From Eutreptiella sp. 'Long Island Sound 2002' (lineage: Eukaryota; Protista; Euglenida), in assembly GCA_964036045.1 (NCBI GenBank), contig OZ038378.1, positions 41,416,001 to 41,480,000 of the forward strand: a stretch of 64,000 bases of DNA, read 5' to 3'. Positions 15,004 through 30,474 of the stretch are shown one piece after another; positions within the stretch are counted from its first letter, which is position 1; each line of letters starts with the position of its first letter. The notes below the pieces were generated by a model. The model worked only from the letters and a program-made list of their open reading frames with translations. It was not told where the DNA came from and searched no databases. Position numbers and translations under genes: made by a program.

Positions 15004-15004
<1 letters not shown>
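14393..15004. mobile_element. TA-flanked MITE (Tc1/mariner-like signature), 612 bp
   Basis: TIR (T/C)GGCATAACGCGGCAACGGCCACACCCCCC at 14393 and inverted, ending at 15004. TA lies on both sides, though both flanks are TA arrays. Confidence 0.85.

Positions 15005-15052
<48 letters not shown>
15005..15052. repeat. (TA)n microsatellite
   Basis: Pure TA repeat. Confidence 0.95.
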
Positions 15053-16908
<1,856 letters not shown>

Positions 16909-17509
16909 TGCGGTGGGACGGTGGCGTACATTGTGGAGACATGGGGGCAATGAAAGCTGAGGGCCAGGCTAGGCTGGAGCCTCCCAGAAATCCTGGCTAT
17001 GCACATACGGGCTATTGCGTGCTGGCAGAGGGATAAGTGGAGTCAGGGGTGGTGGGCAGTTTCAAGGACGCAGGCGGCAATGGATTCCATGGGGTCATGA
17101 GTGATGGATGTCTCCACGGTGGCGGGGGTACGCGAACGACGGAGGGTCAGCTCTCGCTTCGCCGCATGCGTGCTGCTTTGTTCCTTGGTTGCCGCTTTGC
17201 GACGGACAGAGATGCCCTTGCTTTCTGCTTGTTGCGTTGCTGCTGCGCTGCTTTGCCTTGCCCCCTTACCCCCGGCGAACAAACGGGCCAGCGTCCGTCG
17301 CCGTTGCTAATGCTAACGCTTTGCAGTTGCCACTGCCCCCAAAGCCTGGTTGACCGGTATCCCCGGTCCTCTGGGTCCTCCGTCATGCTGTGGGCCACCT
17401 CAGGCAGCCCTGGGACCCAGGGGATCGAGCGAGGCAGGAACCACCTGTCGGCGCGAGATGCCCGGTAACTCCAGTAGACGGCATGATATGTGGTTATGAC
17501 TATGACTAT

Positions 17510-18881
<1,372 letters not shown>

Positions 18882-18885
18882 TATA

Positions 18886-21800
18886 TGAGACATTTTGGGG
18901 GGGGCTAGGGCATTCCCTAGGCATGGTTGGTGTCCCGAGTCGTTCTTATCCATACAAACAAAGACCCACAGGACCCCTAGAAATACCGCCCCATGTGTGT
19001 TTCAACGGCCATCTACGGCATCCTTTGCCGCCTACTCCTTACGCGCATAACCAAGGCCATGACCCGTGGCTTGCTAAACATACAGCATTTTGTCCTGAGT
19101 GCGCACAACACAACAACACTAGCCGCCGCCCTTACCTTGATTAACCCTGGTTTGGACAAAACCGCGGGTTACTTGGCCTTGCTCGATGTCGCAAAGGCCT
19201 TCCCGTCAGCCCCCTATACAACGATCACGGACCTCACATGCGAGGCAGGGGCACCGGAACCAATCGTGCGCATGCTGATCGGAATATATCGCCATACACC
19301 CGCAACACTCCACTTACACGGTCGGCACTTAATCATCCACCCCAAGCTGAGCATGAAGGACGGTTGTCCCCTACCTCCCACACTCTTCTTACTATACCAC
19401 GACGTTCTTTTGTGTGAAACACTCACACAACACCCAAAAGCACACATGTACGTTTTTGTGAACGAAACGCGGTGCGGGACCCGAACAAAATGGAACTGCT
19501 CAACACACTAAAGCACCTCCACCACGTGGCTTACCGCATGGCTCGCCACTTTAACGCCGACAAAACAGAAACATACCATTTGGCGCGCAACTACGAGCCG
19601 GGGACCATCACCTAGCAAAGCCAACATCTCAATGTATGACCCCCTATACTCACCTATTTGGGGCACGCGCTGGCACACCCGTCACACGAGGAGCAGGTTT
19701 CGAACATGGTTATCAAGCAGTTACGACATGACCTGGCTGCCTACAAAACACTTCCCCTAAATGGTTTCGAGAAACCGCAATTATAAACACATTACTTATA
19801 CCGCGCTTGTGCTACAGGGGCCTCTTTTTGGGCAACAGGCAAGCCACGGCCTAGTGGGACAGAATCTTCGTGCGGTACCTCCAAGATACCCCCGGTGTAG
19901 AACCGTGAATGAACTGACACCGCATCACCACAAACATAAGGGATGGCGGCATGGGCGTACGGCAGGCATGGTGCACCTTTATAACACGCTAGGTCACATT
20001 GGGTCAAAACAAAATTGCATAAACACGGCAGATATCGCCTATTATCTCCAACCCAATATAATTACGTGGATGCCGTTCGCGCCCTCGGGTGTTCGGCTGG
20101 ACAACACACTTCACGTCTAAGGATCCCTTGCCCCCCCCCCCCCCCGCCAAAGGGTTCTATAACACACAAAGTTCAGACGAGGACCCAGACCTCCGAGCCA
20201 GCAAACTGCAGGTCGCCACACACTGCTCGTCGTATGACAGCTTATTGCAACCATATGAACCAACCCCTGAAGAGACACAAGAGGTAATCCGCATCCTCCC
20301 ACAAACCCCGTACATACTCGGGCTCACCCTGCGCTACACAGGCCAGCCCACAACGAACTGCTAGTACACCAATGGGTTCAAACGCCACAGCAGGGCGGGA
20401 GGGTGCATTAGCAACGGCCACTTTCGCGCATTCATCTGGGTGCATGGCCCACAACAAGTATACCGGGCACAAACCATGGCGTGCGTTGTGGCCGCGCACA
20501 TGGCCAAGCCCGGGGATGAAATAGACAGCCAGGGGGGCGGTTCAGGCCACACCCGTACCCTGTAAGGGCGCGGTCAAAGACCAAAACTACAGGGACCCTA
20601 GTTACCACGTAACGGGCAAAAAACTAATGTTACGCTGGACTCCGGGACACCGTGATCTTTGTACCGCCACCTCCTACCAAGACTACCTTGACATATAGGG
20701 GAACAACGACGTTGATAGTCTGGCCAACATGGGTGACAGCCTGCCCGTGGAACTACCACCACCTAAATCCCATGATACCATACTATACAAACATATCATG
20801 CCCACACCACCCAAGTCCTGGATCATCGAATTACGGCAGCAACAAATGACGGCCGACGTACACTGGGTGAGCTGGACTACCCTAAGCACTATACACGACC
20901 CACATGGCTGCCATGGTTGTGGGGGTAGCTACGCTGGTGGGGTCGGGGCGCACCCCGGGAAATGGTTTCCACCGTGTGCGGCCAATGGAGCCAACGACAC
21001 GGGAGTTCGGTGGAGATGCGCTTCGCCGTGAGCCAGTCTTGGACTCTTTTTTTGACCTAATGGAGGGCCTGGTGGAAGGAGTGGACCTCATATGCCCATA
21101 CCTGGCTTGAAACAGCGACGGGCCACAAATGGTGGCCATGCGCGCGGCTTCTCATCCCGCTGTCCCCGATCAACGCGGTTCCCTAACACAACCGCCAAAA
21201 ACTTCGGTCCGTGGCGGCACTCTTCCAGTTCTGTGCAATCCGAGGAGTATAGGGACTCTGCCGCAAACTCGCAGCCCCCACGCCCGGCCTCCCCCAGTCA
21301 CCCTTATGGATCACACGCTTCACGGCGCAGCACTAAAAACCACGCGAAACAGCTCAGAACATACGCAATGTGGTTGGTGCCCCGGGTGGAACAACACGGA
21401 AACGAAAGCGGCTAGATGAAGAGGGTTCGACCGTCATGGACACTGAAACTTGGCTGCAAGAAGCACGATGGGCCAACAATATGGAAGTTGTGCAATGGTT
21501 TACACGTACCATCCTCCAACAAACATATACTACTGCTCCCTCAAGGAAAAGACTCAGAACATTGAACTCCCTCCACGCACAATGGATAGCACTCCTAACA
21601 CACATGGACTCGTAGACACTTGCGCAAGGCAACATAGACATACCAAACCACTAGCCTCTGTGCCCACTCAATGAAACACCTGCGTCACCTAAAGGCACAC
21701 TACAACAAAGCCCTAGGGGCCAAGCAAGACTACTTCAAACTGTTTTCGGCACACTTATAGGGCTGATTACACATCGCACATTTACAAAACCGGCTGAGCC

Positions 21801-22230
21801 ATCACATTGGTGTGATAGCAGAGACCTATCCAGCGGGCAAACACGACACACGCTCAGTGTACAAGGACAGTGCGACATGGGTTGCCCTCACTGACACCCA
21901 CCAAGCACACATACCATGGTCGCACAAGATGATGGGTACACATCACCAAAAAGCACAGATTCCGTCTAGCCACGATGTGGACTAGCTATGGTGACAGCAA
22001 GTAGAACGACAAGCACATACAACGATGCACACACTCTACACTACTGAGACCCATCCCATACAGCAACAACTGTATCTCCATAGGAAACGACCAAAGGAAG
22101 ATTGGGACCCATCATTATGGGAGATTCACCCCCCCCGCGCGGCCACTCCCAAAACGACAAAAGATACACCGAGACCCTGCGGCGTGGGAGATTCAACTGC
22201 GGTGACGCACATCCGTCCCCAAGTGCGGTG
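18886..22230 (+). mobile_element. Decayed LINE, RT and 3' region (continuation of 12500-14292)
   Basis: AWLVSRVVLI...YRPMCVS, LLDVAKAFPS, MKDGCPLPPTLFLLY (QGCPLSP-like), YVFVN (YADD position) and TYLGH. Removing 14293-18885 rejoins QLYHTI with DI...AWLVSRVV. The 3' boundary is approximate. Confidence 0.8.
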
Positions 22231-22233
22231 CGT

Positions 22234-22235
22234 AC

Positions 22236-22292
<57 letters not shown>

Positions 22293-22313
22293 ACACACAC
22301 ACACACACACACA
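22234..22313. repeat. (CA)n microsatellite
   Basis: About 80 bp of CA repeat with one interruption. Confidence 0.95.
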
Positions 22314-22416
22314 TTTGTTGTGACTGTACCTAGTACGGAACAGCAATCCTGCGGAATAAAGGTTGGGATTGCCAGCGGCCTACGGCTTGTCCGCTTTACA
22401 AGGAGAGCATGGGGGA

Positions 22417-23330
22417 CTAGTCAAGAGTTAAATCCCAGACCAACTTTGCCCCCTGCCAACCATTGAAGGGAATTGATAGGTATTGGGCGAGGTTCAAATG
22501 GACCACACCTAGGTAATCGCTTTTGGCTTTGTAGGCCCAAGAGGGATGGGCCAGAAGATGCCCTAAGTACCTCAGTATGGGGGGGGGGGGGCGTACCTTG
22601 TGCGGCACTCCCTCCCAACGCACAATTTCATTGGTGGTAGAGGAGATCCACTTGTCAATCTCAATTTTGCTGTTATTGACGTGTAAGCTAAGAGTGGCGC
22701 TGAGCCGGGATATCTCAGTCACTACCTGCTGGGTGGTCTCAACATCCGGGGAGATAACCGCAATAATCATCCATATGCACAGAGAATTTCACACCAAGAA
22801 ATCGGCAGGACAGGGTGCGGTGGAAACACTCGTACACCACACAAAATAAGACTGGGGAGAGGGGGCAGCCCGCTTTGACACCCCATTTTGGCGATATGCA
22901 TGTTCGTAGCCGTCCCCCGTCAACACGCCTTGCGTGTGCTCATATGCGTGGCGCAGGGTAGAGATCATGGTGGGCGGGACTCCATGGTGTGTACATGGTT
23001 TCCCACAGTAGTGGATGGGGGGTGCTTAGATAGGCTTTAGCTATGTCTAGAACGACAACATAAGGATCGCCCTCACAATGGAGGACGTTACTCCAGAGGG
23101 GGGGCGGCGGGTCACCGTGGTGTGATCCTTACTACCCCTACTTGTTGGGGGGACAGGACCTCAGTCAGTGGGCTTTTCGGACGCAGAAGAATCCACTTGC
23201 ACAACGTTTGATACATGCAAGATGAGATGGCAATGGGCCTATAGTTGCCGGCATCCTTGGAGTCCCCTTTGTTGTACAAGAGCGTGATTCGTGTGTTCGT
23301 CCAAGATGCAGGCATCAGCCCGGTGGCCCA
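22417..23330 (-). mobile_element. Decayed LINE reverse transcriptase fragment
   Basis: MPASWTNTRITLLYNKGDSKDAGNYRPIAISS (23112..23315), HMDD (~22770-22780), NNSKIE and RYLGH (22417..22770). Confidence 0.75.
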
Positions 23331-23559
23331 TACTGCGCAGAAGTGCTAATATAGAGTCCACTGTGCATACTAAGGAAGCCAGCCCAGGAGGTGTGGCGGG
23401 ATGTGATGGGTGCGGACGTGGGAGCCATGGGCGGACCTCGCCCAGCAGTGGCTTTCAGCGGCCTCCTCTGAAGACTTGGTACACATCTCAAAGCTGCGCA
23501 TCCTGTAGTCTTTTTTTGACGGTGTCCCCCTCCAAAAAAAAAAAACGGCACTTATGGTA

Positions 23560-24900
23560 GCGGGTGGCGTGGCATCCGTATCATGTGATGTACACCACCA
23601 ACCTCCTTTGCCATTCCCTCCCCATGCCTCTCGTAGTGCCGGAGGTACGTAGAGCAACCGCGTCCAGCATGCCAGTGTGGTGCACGTCCCTTCGCCGGAG
23701 AGTGGTCCCACATCCCACTGAGGATACCCTACACAAACAGGTAAGCTACAAACTGAAGCGTTGGGAAAAACACACACGTGGGCCGAAATGGGCAAGACCA
23801 AACTCAGCGACCAAGGCGCACACACTGATGGTGGCGCTCCTCACTGTTGACACCGCCAACCCACTCCTGCGACTAACCCCACATCTTCCCCCTGCGGAGA
23901 GTCAACAGGTGAAGGAGCGTATCTCCTCCCTGTCCACTGGACCCCCCCCCCCCCCCCGGGAGATCCCCCACACCGGAGCCACGGGCCAGGACCCCTTTAC
24001 ATCATGTGTGGGGTAGCCTGCACTCACCAGATTCGGATGGCAACCAGGCAGGATCTGGCCGCCCATGCCCGGGCGCATTTTCATCTTACCGTGGGGGCAC
24101 ACCTGCTTACCCAGTGGCTCACGAAGACAGTGCACGCATGGCACACTACCATGCTTGGCCTTCGTTTCTCGTTTAGACACTCCGTGGCACATGGCAGCTT
24201 GGCCATGAAGGAACAATTAGCACACACCCTCCTACAACTCCACTCCTATGCCCACTCATACTTTCCTGTGTTGTCCTTGCATGGCCAACTGTATGAGGTC
24301 TACGCCCGACAAGTGTGGACCATTGGTGGGGCCACCTTGCACCATGTGGCGATGGCCCACCAAAAATACTTAAATTTGGCGGCCATGGTGGCACACTACA
24401 TGCGTGCGCACAGCTAGTGCATGCGCATGGCCAGCCAAGGGGTGGAGGAGATGTACCTCGCATCCTTCCGCACGGCCTCCTGCGAATTTTGGGGGGAATA
24501 TGACCAGAGGGTACGGGGCTGGTGCTACCACAACTACACCCAAGCGGGGGAGAGCAGGAGCATCCTCTTTTCCTGATCTGTCTCCGCGAGTACCGAGCAG
24601 CACTTGGAGACCCGGGCAGCGCCATGGACCGCAATCTCTAACCACTAGCTGACCAGTGCCTGGTCCCAGAAGGAGTGCCACCTAGCCGCAGAGGCCAACA
24701 TCGTCTGCCGCCTTCTCCTAAAACGCAAACACGCCCCCTCGCTAGGGAGCACGCGCGGGAAGCGCTCACACTCCCACATAAGGGGGGGGCACCTGCGCTG
24801 TGCAACTCACTGGGTCCCCTCTGCGGCAGGCTCTCCATCACACGGATGGCATCTAGCTCACTAGGTCTCCTATTCGCTAGGACGATGGTGGGCTGAGTGA
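23560..24900 (+). mobile_element. Probable decayed LINE 3' fragment
   Basis: Broken frames resembling the post-RT region of the other LINEs in this window. No catalytic motif seen. Confidence 0.35.
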
Positions 24901-25204
24901 CGAGTAGTCCTGCATTTTAGTCCACCTGGGAGTATGTGCTTTTTGACGTGCCTCCCTGTGATTGACCTCCCTGAGCTTCCTCACCAGCCCTACATGTATG
25001 TCATCTCTTTCTTAGTCCGAATCTGGTAGGCTCTATTGTGGCTACAAATTGCCACCCCCGACAGCGTCCCATGCATAGGGACATGCCTCACACGCATGAA
25101 GCTACAGGTTTGCCAATTCATGCTTTACATATAGTCTGGGTCTGGGTGCCCACACACACCGTAGGCCGGTTGGCCTGAACTCAATCTGACGTCATCAACA
25201 AAAA

Positions 25205-25378
25205 AATTTCCACAATTCCACCATTATTCCCCATAATTCCACCATAATTCCCCATACTTCCCCATAATTCCCCATAATTCCCAATAATTCCACCAAAATT
25301 CCCCATAATCCCACCCCGATTCCCCATAATTCTTCCATATTTCCCCAGAATCCCCCATACTTCTCCATAATTCCTACA
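25205..25378. repeat. ATAATTCCCC-type satellite, block 3
   Basis: Same unit as 7620-8290 and 10005-11820, in the C-rich orientation. Confidence 0.9.
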
Positions 25379-26378
25379 TAATGTGGCAGGCGCGGTTGGA
25401 GCTAACTGAGGTGAAGCAAACGTGACCCTTTGTGGCCCCACTTGTATAAGCTACTGCCTTGTCTAAGCTACAGCGGGCGTAGGGGCCGTATTCGAGACCT
25501 AACTTAATTCGGTTCCAAATGTAGTGCAACCACAATAGACATGGGTTTGTTGACAAATTTGCAGGCTACATAGCGCCATGGGCACATTTGTTGTGAGTGT
25601 TTGCTCACTTGAACCCACATAGCTCTGACTTTGGGGATATTTGTGCATTATATTCCTGTTTCTTGGGAGAGGAATGGCTCATTTCTTTGATGGGAAGTCG
25701 TATTTTACAAGAGACTACATGCAAGGCAATTTCATTCCCAAGAACTTGAAGTTGCCTACGCTCAAACCAGCCCCTAAACCTCGGGCAAAGGCATCTTCAA
25801 GTGGTGAGCATGTGCAGTTGTTCCACACGGTGTATCATCGCAAGAAGGGTTTCCAAGCCAAACATTTTGTCTGCTTTTCATGCTTCATTGCTTTTGGGAA
25901 CATGGGTGTGAAGCTGAAATTTCATGTTCCACATACATTCTTGTGTTTGCATGCCTTTGGGACGTGGGTGGAGGTGAAGGTGTACTCATACAATGCTGGA
26001 ACTCAGGTGTGTGTTGGTAGTTGTATGAGGTGCGCGCAAGCTGCAGCCTTGTCTAAGCTACAGTAGGCATAGGGACCGTATTACTGTGGGACTTTTGCGT
26101 AGATTGTACAAGGGGGGGGGGGTAGGTAGGTAGGGCGGCTGGTCACAGCAACAGCCCTTGCGCATCCCATCCGCACCGAAGTGCGGGGGCCGCGCAAGTA
26201 CTGCCACCAGTCCTGGCACGCTCCCGCTTGTGCAGCCCATGCCTCTGCCCTTTTGATCTTTGTCTCAATTGCTGTGCCTTGGATCCCTGCACACCGACGT
26301 GCCAACACCCCTCAGCTGCTGCAGCATACATCCGTTCACGCAGTGAGGTGCTGTCTGCACTGCACTTGTGGAGACGTC

Positions 26379-26903
26379 ATGGCTGGTGATGATGCAGAGT
26401 TAACGCTGCTGCGTACCTCAGAGCCAAGATCTGCTGCTGCCTTCCCCCAGGGCATAATCAGTATCGGCTCTGCGGCTGTATGTCTTGGGTTGTGCTTACT
26501 CAGCCTCTTCCACTTCATTGCCCCTGATGGCACAAACCAACGCTTGTCTCTCACCGCCGGCGTGCACCTGAAAGCCACCTCCCATCCATGGCCGGTGACA
26601 CCCGCCAGCCCTGCGAGGCAGCTGCACCCCAACACCCTGTCCTATGGCGTGCATTCACGGCCCCACACAGCCAAGGCTGTGTCCAGGTCCTTTGAGGCTG
26701 CAGTGGGTGTGCCTCGCGGTGCAGCCCATGCGGGACCTGCAGTGGGCATGACGGTGGTAGGCGTCGGGGCATGGGTAGCGGGTGCTGGCGTCCTGCTGGG
26801 GTCCCTGGGGCTGTTGGCAGGAATGATGGCCCGCAGGGTCGCCGGCCAGTTGCATGCGGTTGAGCCAAATGGTGCTACGATTGTGCAGAAGGTCAGCGAA
26901 GAG
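26379..26903 (+). CDS. Exon 1 of a histidine phosphatase (PGAM family) gene; encodes a tripartite plastid-targeting-like leader
   Basis: ATG at 26379. Hydrophobic segment GIISIGSAAVCLGLCLLSLFHFIA, then an S/T/P/A/R-rich acid-poor spacer, then a second hydrophobic segment VVGVGAWVAGAGVLLGSLGLLAGMMA followed by RR. Phase-0 donor GAG|GTGCCG at 26903/26904. An alternative donor at 26892 is possible. Confidence 0.7.
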
Positions 26904-29583
26904 GTGCCGTGCATGTGCTCTTGCATGTGCTCTTGGATTGGGATGTATTCAAACTACACCCCCAATCCCCAACCCCATTCACTGCCAACCGGTCAACCGA
27001 AATCTCTCTGACGCCAGCACGTCCAATGTAGGCAGACGTTGTGTTGTCTGCTGTTGTGATTTCAAGATTGTGCATGGGTTGGCAGATTCTGCCTTGACAT
27101 CATTGTATCTTAGACGTCGTCGACACTGAACACTGTTGCAGTGTGAATCATCATTGCGCCCCATCCACTGCCACTCAGGCCAGGCAAGAGGAATGGGGTC
27201 TAGACCACCCCCCCCGCCGCCCATGTAAACCTAAGGTCCTGTATGGCCTGGCGTATGTGGGCTGAATGGGGCCAGCGTACGCACACACAGCACAGGGTAC
27301 CCACTGACCGGTATGTGCGCCTTACCCAATAGAGCCCATCGCCACTGAAGATCGGACCACAACCAGGGATAGGGAGCAAGGGACGGATCAACGGTGGCAA
27401 AGTGACGAGAACTCGGCGGTGGCTGCGACAGTGGGCACAGAAGGCAACGGGGAGGAGGCGGGACTAAGGCCTGATACAGACATTGCAACCTGACCATTTG
27501 AGGCCCCGCCCATGACCCAAACTCAAGCCCTGCCAAATATGGGCCAAATGTGAACGCCAACAAAGGTGACGTGGTAACCCAAGGCGATGCCCTTACACAA
27601 GTGAAAGAGGTCAGGAAAGCGAACATTCAGAACATTGCACAGCGGACCATTGAGCGGACACGGTTGGAACTGGGATTGCAATGAAGGCTGTGTGAAGGCA
27701 GGCGCGGCTGGAGCACAGCAGCAGGTCCACACCTGACCTTTTGAGGCCCTGCCCTTGTCCAGGGGCCGCCCTTTGCCGCGTTACTGACTTCGAGACCCAG
27801 GGGTTGTTGGAACCCCAGTTCAGGCAACCCAAGCCCCCCCCCCCCCTGCCCCGGCTGAAAGTGTCTAAGGCGGGGGCATTCAGTCAATCAGTACCGACCA
27901 TTGATCCCCCTGCCCCGGAGGGCCCTCCAAGCCCAGGATAGTGCCACTTGGCCAAGACCTTCAGGCCAGCTCTTCCTCAACGTGGGGATCCCAAGACGGC
28001 AGGGGTCATGTAGCCTTTCCACAAATATAAGGCATCCACTGTCACTGCTTGGTCGAGGAGCTGTGGAGTGACCCCCCCCCCCCCCTTTGCCGGGTCCATC
28101 GGCTTCCCCCACCCTGGAAGGCCCTCTGGGCCCCAGAATGGTGTAGCCCTCCAGCCAAGGAGAAACCTGCTGAGCCGGGATTCGCACGTGTCCAGGGGCA
28201 CGTCCGGCGCCTTATCTGCACTGTGACAATTTGCACTGTGCACTGCACTGCCATGGATGCCAGAGCGATTCTGGAGGGTGACGACTGTCGTCGCTTTATG
28301 GCCGGTCGCATCCCTTGATTAGTCCCCGGGGGAGCTCGCAGATCCGTCACTTTGGCCATGTCCCCCCAGAGCTGTGGGGGAACCGTGGCACGCAGGCAGG
28401 GACTGGACAATGAGGGCAAGGGTCCGATGTCATTGCCATACACTGCTGTTGTTTTTTTCTTTTTTGCAGACTGTCTTCTGCACCATTTTCCATCAGACTC
28501 AGGCAGAAATGGTAGTGCTCAGCCTCAGGCAGTGCAAATGTTTTGTGGTTGACTGAAGTTTCTCTCGAGGGCCCACTTTTACATTTGTGCACCAGGCACA
28601 CGGCAAAGAAATCATGCACCCCTGTGTACCCACATCTCTGGAAGTGTACCCACATGTCTGGAAGTCCCCCGAGGTACGACAGGTATCGAGAACACAAGAA
28701 GACAGTCTCGCGGAACTGCTAGTGTGCCATTTGTGTGTGGAGGCACATGTCCCCCCGTGGGCCCATGGGCACCCATGTGACTATGTGAACAAAGGGCAAT
28801 CATCTTGAAAGTTGTGAGATGGATGATGGCTGGGCTTCTTTGGGGGTCATTTCTGAATGGAGGCATGAAGCAGAAGCAGTAGCCCAGCAGAAGCGGTAAC
28901 AGAATCCCAAGCAGCCCGGGCTGTAGGTGACGGTGGAAGTCAAAAGGCAAGTGGCAGGCACGGTCCACATATTGGGGTTGTGCCAAGTCCTGCGTGTGTG
29001 TGCAGAGTTTTGCTTAACAACTCAGCATCAGCAGGGGGGGGGTCTGACACCACCCACCCACCCCCTCGGACCCCCCCCCCGCAAATTTTTCTCCGGGTCT
29101 TCAGCCAATCAAAATTTTTCTCTGGCGCCTTCGGCGCAAGTCAGTTTAGGCCAAAAAATTTCTTCAGCGCCTTCGGCGCCTCTAACAGCTCAGGGTCTCC
29201 CGGGGGGGGTGGGGGGCACACAGCCCCACCCACCCACCCCCCTTGGACCCCCCCCCCTTAAGGGAAACTCTGTGTGTGCGTATTATTGTTGCAACCGGAC
29301 AGTGTGTACTGTGCTGCTGCCTAGTGCAGACACGCATGACGCAAACATGTTGAAAACACCCATGTTCCTTCCCCTGCCTTTACGCGGACATCAATCAATG
29401 TATGTTTGCTCTTTTGTGCATCCCATGTATCTCCCAACTCTCCAAAGTGCGCATACCATGTGTATTCCAGGAAAGAAAAGATGTGTATCTCGCACACCCA
29501 GTGGTCACCTCATCACTCTCCATCCCCCCGGTCCTTCCCCTCAGGGCCCCCTTGGTCGCCCGGTGTCTCCCTCTGCTCCCCAG
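26904..29583 (+). other. Intron 1 (GT-AG, 2680 bp, repeat-containing)
   Basis: GT at 26904 and pyrimidine-rich ctctgctccccag ending at 29583. Phase 0 on both sides. Small hidden exons cannot be excluded. Confidence 0.65.
29003..29272. mobile_element. hAT-type MITE in intron 1, 270 bp
   Basis: TIR CAGAGTTTTGCTTAA versus inverted TTAAGGGAAACTCTG (13/15). 8-bp TSD TGTGTGTG (28995-29002) / TGTGTGCG (29273-29280). Confidence 0.7.
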
Positions 29584-29901
29584 GAAGGCCTTCGTCGGAC
29601 CGTCCCCAAGGCCAACAAAACCATTTATCTCGTCCGTCATGGGGAGACGGAGATGAACCGGTGGCTGGGTGACAACTGGGCCATGTGGTCCCCCCTGACC
29701 CGCGCTCAGAAGCAGGTCCGGGACCCCGGGTTTTACGACACGAAGCTCACCCCTCGTGGCAGGCAACAGGCCCTGGCCCTCGCACGGCAGGTCCAGTCGC
29801 TGGAGGTGCTGCCAGAGGTCATCATCTCTTCGCCTTTGACAAGAGCCCTGCAGACAACGAAGTTTGGGTTTGGGTCAGTGCACTCGGAAATCCCCGTGGA
29901 G
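29584..29901 (+). CDS. Exon 2 of the histidine phosphatase (PGAM family) gene
   Basis: KTIYLVRHGE (catalytic RHG), DTKLTPRGRQQA and IISSPLTRALQT are standard His_Phos_1 motifs. Acceptor CAG|GAA, donor GAG|GTG. Confidence 0.9.
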
Positions 29902-30474
29902 GTGCATGCCAGCGTCTGTGCGCGTTGTGCAGGGACAGGTACCCCCACCCCCCACCCCTTTGTAATCCCCCCCGCCCCCATGGGGGGACCGTCACTCCAG
30001 GGGGGGCGGGGGGCGGCCTCGCATTAGGGGGGGATTACAAGGGGGGGGGGGTAGGGTTCCTTGGGATGCTGTACCTCACAGGAAGCAATGGACAGTAATG
30101 TGCTGCCGCTCCAGCCTGGTCGAACCCAGGCTGCCTGCTAATGTTGCTTTGGTTGAATGAAGTGGTGTGGAGAATACCTCACTGTGTGATGATTCATCAG
30201 TTCCGAGTATCGAATGTCATGAGACTACTTCTGCTCTGATTATCATGTGTGACCCTGTGTATGCCAGCCCACACTCCCACTCCTCAGAGGGAGGTGTTCC
30301 TGGATGATTTTTAACCTTTGTGATGTGTAGCCTTCTCCATCGCGGTGTGCTCATTTGTTGGGGTGTGGTGTCTATTTTTTGGAGTTAACGATCCCCCCTG
30401 GTTCGGTGTACAAAACTACAACACAATCCTCCCAAACCATCTTTGGTTGGCACCGCTCTCACATGCTCTCGCAG
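29902..30474 (+). other. Intron 2 (GT-AG, 573 bp)
   Basis: Splicing joins IPVE to VDARIAERVWHCSDYG in frame, restoring the conserved ...RE R...D.G region. Acceptor ctctcgcag. Confidence 0.85.
29942..30051. mobile_element. Small palindromic MITE in intron 2, 110 bp
   Basis: CCCC...TTGTAATCCCCCCC versus GGGGGGGATTACAAGGGG... inverted ends. TA at 29940-41 and 30052-53. Confidence 0.55.

Noticed and set aside
28927-30027. Single-exon 366-aa gene
   Set aside because: The 5' part runs through a MITE and intron sequence. Only 29584-29901 is phosphatase-like and it has good splice sites.
26904-30474. Euglenid non-conventional (non-GT-AG) introns
   Set aside because: Both inferred introns have canonical GT-AG ends and keep frame; nothing here requires a non-conventional intron.
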